From Kiloniellales bacterium (lineage in GTDB: Bacteria > Pseudomonadota > Alphaproteobacteria > Kiloniellales > JAKSDN01): a DNA stretch of 64,000 nt. A program made the translations under genes and the position numbers. The notes beneath the pieces are model-generated. The model saw only the letters and a program-made list of their open reading frames with translations, did no database searches and was not told where the DNA came from. The DNA lies in contig JANQLT010000186.1 in assembly GCA_028280455.1 (NCBI GenBank), positions 9,559 to 73,558 of the forward strand. Reading direction: 5' to 3'. Below are positions 36,859-44,368 of the stretch, in pieces; the stretch's first letter is position 1, and each line of letters opens with the position of its first letter.

Positions 36859-38466
36859 ATGAGAATGCTAGCGCTCGGCGCTGCGGCGATTGCATTGGCC
36901 GCCGCTTCAATGATCGCCACGCCTTCGAGTTACGCCGAGGAGCCAACTCTGTCGGAGGAGGACTTCGAACGGGCCAAGCAGCTCTACTTCGAGCGCTGTG
37001 CGGGTTGTCACGGTGTCCTTCGCAAAGGCGCGACCGGCAAGGGCCTGCTGCCCAAGGAGACGCGGAAGCTCGGCCAGAAGCGGCTCGAGAAGATCATCAC
37101 CATCGGCACCGAAGGCGGCATGAACAACTTCGACGATATCTTCTCCAAGGAGGAGATCTCGCTGCTGTCCACCTACATCCAGATGGAGCCCCCGGCGCCG
37201 CCCGAGCTGAGCCTGGCCGAGATGAAGGAGCGGCATAAGGTCTTCATCCCGCCGGAGGACTATCCCAGCAAGCCGATGCACGACCGGAACTGGGAGAACT
37301 TCTTCCTGGTCATCCTCCGGGATGCCGGCAAGGTCGGCATCATCGACGGCGACACCAAGGAAGTCGTGGCCAAGGTCGATACCGGCTACGCCGTGCACGT
37401 CATGAAGGAGTCCTCGGACGGCCGCTTCTGGTACACCCAGGGCCGCGACGGCCGCATGACCAAGATCGATCTCTGGATGAACCCGCCGGCCGTCGTGGCG
37501 GAGGCCCAGGTCGCCTCGGACGCGCGCGACGTGGCGGTCTCCCACTACGGCGAATGGAAGGACAAGTACGTCATCGGCGGCGGCTACTGGCCTCCGCACT
37601 TCGTCATCCTCGATGCGGTGACCATGGAGCCGCTCAAGGTCGTCTCGACCCGCGGCATCAACGTCGACGGCGAGTACGTCAACGAGTCCCGCGTCGCGGC
37701 CATCTACAACACGCCGAACGCGCCGACCTGGGTCGTCGCGGTCAAGGAGCTGGGACAGCTTTGGCAGGTCGACTACAGCGATCTGGACAACCTGCGGATC
37801 GAGCAGGTCAACAGCCACAAGTTCCTGCATGACGGCTTCTTCGACCCCTCGCTGCGCTACTTCCAGATCGCGGCCAACGCCAGCAACCGCATCGAGATCC
37901 TGGACACGGTGGAGCGCAAGTTCGTCAAGTCGATCGAGACCGGCAAGAAGCCGCATCCGGGCCCCGGTGCCAACTGGAACGACGAGCAGTGCGGGCCGGT
38001 GGCCGGCACGCCCCATCTGGGCGAAGGCAAGGTGACCGTCTGGGGCAACGATCCCGAGGGCCATCCCGATCAGGCCTGGAAGATCTGCTACTCGGTCGAG
38101 ACCGACGGGCCCGGCCTCTTCATCCGCACCCACCCGAACTCGCCCTATGTCTTCGTCGACCAGACGAAGCACCCCGAGCCGGAGGTGCAGCAGGCCATCA
38201 AGGTCATCGACAAGAAGACCCGCAAGGTGGTCAAGACGATCCAGGTGACCGACACGCCGAACGCGGTCGCCGTCCACCAGGAATTCAACGCTGACGGTAC
38301 CGAGGTCTGGATCTCGGTCTGGGCCCGCGGCGGCAAGAAGGACTGGGAAAAGGGCGAGATCGTGATCTACGACTCGAAGACGCTCGAAGAGAAGGCCCGG
38401 ATCAAGGGTCTGGAGACTCCCACCGGCAAATTCAACGTCTACAACCGGATCAAGCACGTCACCTAA
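36859..38466 (+). CDS. nirS: Cytochrome cd1 nitrite reductase NirS
   Basis: RBS GAGGAGGA, signal peptide, haem c motif CAGCH, and a long d1 beta-propeller domain. Flanked by the nirECFDLGHJN operon. Confidence 0.95.
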   Translation: MRMLALGAAAIALAAASMIATPSSYAEEPTLSEEDFERAKQLYFERCAGCHGVLRKGATGKGLLPKETRKLGQKRLEKIITIGTEGGMNNFDDIFSKEEISLLSTYIQMEPPAPPELSLAEMKERHKVFIPPEDYPSKPMHDRNWENFFLVILRDAGKVGIIDGDTKEVVAKVDTGYAVHVMKESSDGRFWYTQGRDGRMTKIDLWMNPPAVVAEAQVASDARDVAVSHYGEWKDKYVIGGGYWPPHFVILDAVTMEPLKVVSTRGINVDGEYVNESRVAAIYNTPNAPTWVVAVKELGQLWQVDYSDLDNLRIEQVNSHKFLHDGFFDPSLRYFQIAANASNRIEILDTVERKFVKSIETGKKPHPGPGANWNDEQCGPVAGTPHLGEGKVTVWGNDPEGHPDQAWKICYSVETDGPGLFIRTHPNSPYVFVDQTKHPEPEVQQAIKVIDKKTRKVVKTIQVTDTPNAVAVHQEFNADGTEVWISVWARGGKKDWEKGEIVIYDSKTLEEKARIKGLETPTGKFNVYNRIKHVT

Positions 38467-38594
38467 GGTTGGGGCTTGGTTTGCCGCCTACTTGAGACCG
38501 GGGTGATCGGCGAAAGGCCGATTCACCCCGGCCTTGTTTCGAGCGGCGGCGTGACGTCGAGTCGGCGACCGCTTGAGATCTGGACAGAGTCTCG

Positions 38595-40298
38595 ATGGCA
38601 AAGCTCAGAAACATGAAGATCCTTGGCGCCAGCCTGGTCGGTGCCGCCGTCATCTTCATCGGGGGCATCGTCGCCTGGGGCGGCTTCAACACCGCGATGG
38701 AGGCGACCAACACGACGGGGTTCTGCATCTCCTGTCACGAGATGTTCGACAACGTCTATCAAGAGTACAAGCAGACCATCCACTACGAGAATCGGACCGG
38801 CGTGCGCGCCTCCTGCTCCGACTGCCACGTTCCGGACCCCTGGGTCTGGAAGTTCGTGCGCAAGGTCAAGGCCACCAACGAGCTCTATCATTGGGCTCTC
38901 GGCACGATCGACACCAAGGAGAAGTTCGAGGCCAAGAGGCTGACGCTGGCCAAGCATGTCTGGCAGGACATGAAGGAGACCGACTCCCGGGAGTGCCGCA
39001 ACTGCCACTCCTGGGAAGGCATGCTGGAGACGAGCCAGAAGCGCCGGGCCTGGAAGCAGCACGAGCTGGCGCAGAGCGAGGGCCAGACCTGCATCGACTG
39101 CCACAAGGGCATCGCCCACCGCCCGGTGCATGTCCTGCTCGACGAGGAGGACGATCCCTACGACGGTCTCGCGGACAGCCGCAGCCTGCCGCTCGAGGTC
39201 GCGGCCGTCGAGGCGGCGGCGGTCACGAGCGATGCCGAAGCCGTCGCCGAGCCGGCGCCGGCCGAACAGGAAACCGCGACCAGCGAGCCGGCCCCGGCGC
39301 CCGAGACGGCGCCCGCGGCAACGCAGATCGCGGCCAGCGACGGCATCGACTGGTCCGCCATCGAAGGCCGCACGATCACGCTGCTCTATCCGGGCCAGTC
39401 GTCCATGGAGTGGGTGCTCAAGGGCAGCGACCATAGCGGCGCCCGAGCGATCAAGAAGGTCGGCGACCGCTGCGCCGAGTGCCACCAGGGCGAGGAGGCC
39501 GACATGGGCCAGCGAATCGTCACGGGCGAGAAGCTCGAGCCCCAGGTGATTCCCGGCAAGCGCGGCGCCATCGACGTCACTGCCAAGGCCGCGCATGACG
39601 CGGAGACGCTCTACCTCAACTTCACCTGGGCCCAGGCCGAGCATACGCCGGCACCCTTCGTCGAGGGCGGCAAGATGGACCCGGAGAACGAGGTGAAGCT
39701 GGCGGTCATGCTGATCCCCGAGGCTAACGAGCTCGCCACCCTGGCGGGCTGCTGGGCGACCTGCCACCACGATTCGCGCTACATGCCGGACCACCCGGAC
39801 TCGGCGGCGATCGCCGCCGCCGGCGATCTCATGCAGCGCCTGGAGGCCGACGACGGCGTGACCAAGTACCTGCAGGAGTCGCGCAGCGAGATCGAGGTCC
39901 GGGGCAGCGACGGCAAGCCGCGCGGCGGCTGGGACAAGCTCCTGCCGGCCGACCAGATCGACAGCCTGATGGCGGAGACCCAGTTCATCGACCTGGTCCG
40001 CTACAAGAGCGGTCCCGGTGCCCTTGAGAACGGCTACGTCTTCGAACGGCGTGTCGTCGATGGCGGCCAGCCCTTGTCCGGCAGCGGGGCGGTGGCGGAC
40101 GGCCAGTGGAGCGTCACGCTGGCTCTGCCTCTCGCGGCGACGGAAGCGGGCGACCTGGCCCTCGAAGCCGGCAAGACCTACACCCTCGGCGTCGCCATCC
40201 ACGACGATTTCACCACGGCGCGCTTCCACCACGTCTCCCTCGAGTACCGCCTCGGCTTCGACGATCCCGACGCCGAGATCAACGCGATCGGACAATGA
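38595..40298 (+). CDS. nirT: NapC/NirT tetrahaem quinol dehydrogenase fused via an Ala/Pro/Glu linker to a ~300-aa periplasmic haem domain
   Basis: N-terminal TM helix plus CISCH, CSDCH, CRNCH and CIDCH. Low-complexity linker (residues ~195-250). The C-terminal domain has CAECH and CWATCH. 567 aa. Confidence 0.85.
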   Translation: MAKLRNMKILGASLVGAAVIFIGGIVAWGGFNTAMEATNTTGFCISCHEMFDNVYQEYKQTIHYENRTGVRASCSDCHVPDPWVWKFVRKVKATNELYHWALGTIDTKEKFEAKRLTLAKHVWQDMKETDSRECRNCHSWEGMLETSQKRRAWKQHELAQSEGQTCIDCHKGIAHRPVHVLLDEEDDPYDGLADSRSLPLEVAAVEAAAVTSDAEAVAEPAPAEQETATSEPAPAPETAPAATQIAASDGIDWSAIEGRTITLLYPGQSSMEWVLKGSDHSGARAIKKVGDRCAECHQGEEADMGQRIVTGEKLEPQVIPGKRGAIDVTAKAAHDAETLYLNFTWAQAEHTPAPFVEGGKMDPENEVKLAVMLIPEANELATLAGCWATCHHDSRYMPDHPDSAAIAAAGDLMQRLEADDGVTKYLQESRSEIEVRGSDGKPRGGWDKLLPADQIDSLMAETQFIDLVRYKSGPGALENGYVFERRVVDGGQPLSGSGAVADGQWSVTLALPLAATEAGDLALEAGKTYTLGVAIHDDFTTARFHHVSLEYRLGFDDPDAEINAIGQ

Positions 40299-40738
40299 CG
40301 ATGACGAAGGCCGTGGCTAGAGCCGTCGCCGTCGGGGGGCTTGGGCTTGCCGCGCTCTTGCTTGCTTGGGTGTCGGTTTCCCAGGCCTCGTCGGATGCCG
40401 AGACCGAGAAGATCTGCGCCCAAGCGGAAGAGCGCTATCAGGCGCTCTTCGGGGATCAGCCGCCCGAGGCGGGCGTCGTCGTCGTTCTGATGTACAAGTA
40501 CACCTTCTGCCCGCCGGACCTGGAGGTAAAGGCCGGCACGACCCTGCGCTGGATCAACGTCGACAAGCGCACCAGCCACTCCGTCTGGTTCAAGGAAGAC
40601 GGCAAGCCCGAGTCTGACCGGCTCTTCCCGGAGGAGTTCGTCGACATGACGCTCGATGAGGCCGGCGCCTTCAACTACATCTGCGGCCCCCACGGCGATC
40701 AGGAAAAGATGCGCGGCAAGGTGACCGTGGTTCCTTAG
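40295..40738 (+). CDS. Small periplasmic cupredoxin (type-1 blue copper protein)
   Basis: ATGA overlap with the nirT-fusion stop. Signal peptide. Candidate ligands are His in RTSHSVWF and C-x2-H-x5-M in YICGPHGDQEKM. Confidence 0.72.
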   Translation: MTMTKAVARAVAVGGLGLAALLLAWVSVSQASSDAETEKICAQAEERYQALFGDQPPEAGVVVVLMYKYTFCPPDLEVKAGTTLRWINVDKRTSHSVWFKEDGKPESDRLFPEEFVDMTLDEAGAFNYICGPHGDQEKMRGKVTVVP

Positions 40739-40771
40739 GGGGTTACCGGACCGTCGGCGCGCCGTCCAAGG

Positions 40772-40927
40772 GTAACGAACCGCCCCCTCACCCAGCTCCG
40801 GCTAAGCTCAGCCTTCGGCTTCGCTAAGCCTGCTCATCCCTCTCCCCCGTCGGGGGAGAGGGTTGTGGAGGCTTGGTGAGGCGCAGCCGAGCCTAGCCGG
40901 AGCTGGGTGAGGGGGCGGTTCGTTTCC
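40772..40927. repeat. ~156-bp palindromic REP/MITE-like element, copy B (inverted relative to copy A)
   Basis: Same outer arms and central hairpin as copy A. The two inner segments match the reverse complement of copy A's opposite inner segments. It sits between convergent genes. Confidence 0.85.
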
Positions 40928-40957
40928 TGCTGCCCTCGCTCGCCTGCTCTCTCTCGG

Positions 40958-41350
40958 CTAACCGAGATGCTTGTGAAGCCGCGAGTCCATGGTCTTGAAA
41001 TGGTCGCCGAACCAAGAGGTTAGCCGCTCCGCCAGGGCTTCTTCCTCGAAGGCGCCGCGGATCTCGTAGTCGTCCATGATCTCACGGATGTCGTCGAGCA
41101 AGCGCTCGTGGTCGGCCTTGTGCTCGGCGAACTGGTCGTAGCCTCGCTCGCGCATGATGCGCTCCTCCAGGGCGAAGTGCGCGACGATCTTAGCATAGAC
41201 CTCACCGAGGAACTCGGCGACCGACACCTCGACATCGGCCTTCATCAAATTGTCGTAGAGGCCGTTGATCAGCTCGATCATCTCGCGGTGCTCGTGGTCG
41301 ACGGCATCGACCCCGACGGCATAGTCCTTCTTCCATTGCAGCAGCGACAT
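40958..41350 (-). CDS. Bacteriohemerythrin
   Basis: 130 aa with di-iron ligand pattern VDHEH..., HFALEE...HKADHERL..., and WFGDHFKTMD. Confidence 0.85.
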   Translation of the reverse strand: MSLLQWKKDYAVGVDAVDHEHREMIELINGLYDNLMKADVEVSVAEFLGEVYAKIVAHFALEERIMRERGYDQFAEHKADHERLLDDIREIMDDYEIRGAFEEEALAERLTSWFGDHFKTMDSRLHKHLG

Positions 41351-41360
41351 CGGTCGGTCC

Positions 41361-41864
41361 TCACATGAAGACGAAGCCGCCCCGATCGGAACGGAAGTCG
41401 ATCACGAAGTTCTGGCGCTCGCGGAGCGCTATAGTCTCGCTTCTTTCATAGTCGAAGCCCTCGCTGCGCGCACTATCCCGCAGCCGGACCGTGATCCGAT
41501 GGGAGCCCGGCGCGACGACGAAGCGGCGATGGACCTGCGACGGCCCGTCGCCCGACAGGCCGCTCGGCGGCAGGGATTCGCGATAGAGCGGCTGGTCGTC
41601 GAGAGTCAGCTCGACCAGGACGGGCAGACGCTCCCGCGGGCAGATCTCCGGCCGGCGCATGTTCGGCGCCAGCTCGTCGAGCTCCTCGGCGGTGAGCTTG
41701 CGGCACTCTCCCTTGCGCTGGGCGCCGTGGGCGAAGCTCAGCATGATCTGCGCCTGGTCGGCCGGGAAGAAGGTGAAGCGCGGCCAATCCGAGAACAGGC
41801 CGAAGAGCAGCGCGATCACCAGATAGACCACCCCCTGGCCGAGGAACTGCAAGGGCCTAGGCAT
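41361..41864 (-). CDS. Membrane-anchored protein of unknown function (one N-terminal TM, two Cys)
   Basis: ATG at 41864 overlaps the upstream stop by 8 nt. FLGQGVVYLVIALLFGLF TM segment followed by a ~130-aa soluble domain. I recognised no family. Confidence 0.55.
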   Translation of the reverse strand: MPRPLQFLGQGVVYLVIALLFGLFSDWPRFTFFPADQAQIMLSFAHGAQRKGECRKLTAEELDELAPNMRRPEICPRERLPVLVELTLDDQPLYRESLPPSGLSGDGPSQVHRRFVVAPGSHRITVRLRDSARSEGFDYERSETIALRERQNFVIDFRSDRGGFVFM

Positions 41865-43449
41865 GGCTGCCGACCTCCTCCTCCTCGAGCCGCTTGCGAA
41901 CCGGCTCCGCCCCGGCGCTTGCCGCCTGGGGCGCCAGGCCGGCCTGGAAATCCTCGATAGCACTTGCGAGGTCGCTCAGCCCGTCCTCGGCGAGCCAAGC
42001 CTGGCCGATTCTCTCGCGCGGCACGCGGCGACGCAGGGCGGGATCCCTTTCGCCCGCCAGCCGTTCCTCCATCCAGGCGACGCCGAAGCGGTGATAGCAG
42101 TCGCCCTCGTGGCAGCCGGCCAAGAACACGCCGGCGGCGAAGCCGCGGCTCAAGGCGTAGTCGATGTAGGAGGGCGGCAAGGCGGCGATGCAGGGCAGGG
42201 CCACGCTGGCCACGTTGGGCAGGTCGAGGCGTTCGAGCTTGGGGCCATGGGCGCAGCCGAAGACGACGACCCCCGACTCGCCGTCGAGGCCCGACGTGGC
42301 GGCTTCCAGGTCCTCTCGAAGGGCGCGCGCCGAGGCCTGCGGCAGCTCGATGCCCGGGATCAGCTCGCTTCGACGCCGGAAGGGCGTGGCGGTCGGACAG
42401 GCGCCCATGCAGATCCCGCAGCTCGTGCAGAGGTCGCTGTCGACCCGGGCCTCGAGGTCGAAGGCCATGCCGTCAGAGCGCGGCACCATCGCGATGGCGT
42501 TGTAGGGGCAGTCGTCCGCGCAGCGCTGGCAGCCGTTGCAGTTGCCGAGATCGACCACCGCGGTGTTGGCCGTGGCTTCAGCTTTGCGCATCGGCGGCAG
42601 CCAGGGCAGGGCGGCGAGCAAGAGGGTCAGGGCCACGGCGAAGCCCCAGACGGCGGCATCGGACAGCCTTTCCATCAAGGGATAGAAGCCCAGGTAGAAC
42701 CAGTCGAGACCCAGCTCGCCGGGTACCGCGGCGAGGTCCGCCGGGCCCTGACTGACGGCCGGCTTCCAGAAGGAGAGCGCCAACAGCATCGCCAGGGTGC
42801 CCACGGCCAGGCCGCGCTTGGGATTGATCTGCGGCCGACTGACCCGCTGCAGGTGAATCCAGAGCACCAGGAGCAGGAGCAGGGGCACGACGATGTGGAT
42901 GAAGATCAGCAGCGTGAAGAAGCGGTCGTCCAGGGCGCTCGCCGTGTTGAAGTTGCGGGCGATCGGCTCGCCGAAGATGCCGAGCCAATCGAGCCAGTCC
43001 GCGGTTTCCAGGGCGATGTACTGCGCCAGTTGATCCCAGACCAGCCAATAGCCCGAGATCCCGGCGATCATGACCAGCCAGAGCACGGGCACGCCCGTGA
43101 ACCAGGTGAACCAGCGCGGCCCGCGGTAGCGGCCCAGGGAGAACTCGCGAAGGACATGGACCACCATCATCAGGACCATGCCGTCGGAGGCATAGCGATG
43201 CAGGCTGCGCATGACGCCGCCGAGATACCACTGCTCGACGGTCATGAACTCGACCGACTCGTAGGCTTCGGTCGTCCCGGTGTCGAACAGGACGTAGACG
43301 TAGATTCCGCTGACCGCGACGACCCAGTAGTAGAAGAAACCGAGAGCGCCAAGCTGGTGCAGCGGATTCCAGCCTGCCGGAAAGACGGCATCCAGCCAGC
43401 GCTCGAGGTGCAGGAAGCACCATCGAAGGGGACGTCGCAGATCGATCAA
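41857..43449 (-). CDS. Fusion protein: di-haem cytochrome b (bc1 b-type N-terminal domain) :: 2x[4Fe-4S] ferredoxin :: MvhD/FlpD-like domain
   Basis: Two H-x13-H pairs in TM helices (HRYASDGMVLMMVVH; HIVVPLLLLLVLWIH). CNGCQRCADDCP and CTSCGICMGACP. VVVFGCAHG...LPC...FLAGCHEGDCYH. Confidence 0.8.
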   Translation of the reverse strand: MIDLRRPLRWCFLHLERWLDAVFPAGWNPLHQLGALGFFYYWVVAVSGIYVYVLFDTGTTEAYESVEFMTVEQWYLGGVMRSLHRYASDGMVLMMVVHVLREFSLGRYRGPRWFTWFTGVPVLWLVMIAGISGYWLVWDQLAQYIALETADWLDWLGIFGEPIARNFNTASALDDRFFTLLIFIHIVVPLLLLLVLWIHLQRVSRPQINPKRGLAVGTLAMLLALSFWKPAVSQGPADLAAVPGELGLDWFYLGFYPLMERLSDAAVWGFAVALTLLLAALPWLPPMRKAEATANTAVVDLGNCNGCQRCADDCPYNAIAMVPRSDGMAFDLEARVDSDLCTSCGICMGACPTATPFRRRSELIPGIELPQASARALREDLEAATSGLDGESGVVVFGCAHGPKLERLDLPNVASVALPCIAALPPSYIDYALSRGFAAGVFLAGCHEGDCYHRFGVAWMEERLAGERDPALRRRVPRERIGQAWLAEDGLSDLASAIEDFQAGLAPQAASAGAEPVRKRLEEEEVGSHA

Positions 43450-43503
43450 GCCATTCGCTCCAGCTTCAACAGGGTCACCCAGCTCCAGCGCGGCCGAGAG
43501 CCC

Positions 43504-44364
43504 CTAGCGGATCTCGGACGCGCGTGGCGGCGTGCGGCTCCCGCGCTCGCGCGACCGCGCGGCGAGCAAGGCGCGAAGCAGGAGAATCGCGACTCCGAGC
43601 AGGCTCAAGCCGCCGATCGTGATGGCGAAGAAGAAGGAGTAGTCGAAGCTGTAGCGTTCGCGGGCCGGGTCGTAGAACGTACAGAAGAGGCGGACCCGCT
43701 CTATCAGCGCCTCCACGTCCACCAGGCTTCCGGCCTGACCGAACATCAGGCTCTTTAGCGGCTCGACCAAGGCCGGCGGGTCGAAGCTGGCGCCATAGAC
43801 CTGTTGGTGAACCAGCCCGTCGGAACTGAGGACGCTGGTCTGAGCCAGGTGATCGAAGCCCCTGGGCGAGGGAAAGTAGAGAAAGCCCAGCTCCTCGAGG
43901 AGCTTGTCCAAGTCGACGCCGGTGCCGCTGAGGAAATGCCAGTTGTCGAAATCGATGCCCTGGCTGCTTGCATAGTGATGCATGCGCTCGGGCGTGTCCT
44001 GGGCGGAGTCGAAGCCGATCGTCACGACGGAGAAGCTGTTCTCGCCGAGCGCCTCGATGGCGACGTCGACCGCGTGCTGCAGCGTCTGCACGATGATCGG
44101 ACAGGACTCGACGCAGGCGGTGAACACCAGGTTGACCACCAGGGGCTTGCCGCGGAAGTCGGAAAGCCGCCGCGCCTCGCCGCTCTTGTCCAGGAAGCTG
44201 TAGTCGCCGACCTCGCGGCCCACGGCGGCTTGACTGTAGGCGATGGCGGCGCCGGGATCGAACACCGAGGGCTGAGAGGTCTTGGCGGCCAGCGGCGTCG
44301 CGGCCAGGCCGACCGTGCCTGCGATGCAGACGATCGCCAGCCAAAGCAGGGAAGGGCGAGGCAT
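43504..44364 (-). CDS. SCO1/SenC-like thioredoxin-fold protein with variant CVESCP motif and a C-terminal TM anchor
   Basis: ATG at 44364. Signal/anchor MPRPSLLWLAIVCIAG. FTACVESCP in place of the canonical CPDVCP. C-terminal hydrophobic FFFAITIGGLSLLGVAILLL. Confidence 0.72.
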   Translation of the reverse strand: MPRPSLLWLAIVCIAGTVGLAATPLAAKTSQPSVFDPGAAIAYSQAAVGREVGDYSFLDKSGEARRLSDFRGKPLVVNLVFTACVESCPIIVQTLQHAVDVAIEALGENSFSVVTIGFDSAQDTPERMHHYASSQGIDFDNWHFLSGTGVDLDKLLEELGFLYFPSPRGFDHLAQTSVLSSDGLVHQQVYGASFDPPALVEPLKSLMFGQAGSLVDVEALIERVRLFCTFYDPARERYSFDYSFFFAITIGGLSLLGVAILLLRALLAARSRERGSRTPPRASEIR

Positions 44365-44368
44365 CGGG

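Noticed and set aside
36907-40295. ORFs 36907..38457 (-) and 38523..40295 (-), 516 and 590 aa
   Set aside because: They run antisense to nirS and the nirT fusion. Their composition is dominated by Asp/Arg/Leu/Gly/Val, with no haem or other motifs.
41863-43758. A 631-aa plus-strand ORF
   Set aside because: It runs antisense to the cytochrome b-FeS-MvhD gene. Its product is low-complexity and Gly/Arg/Ala/Glu-rich.
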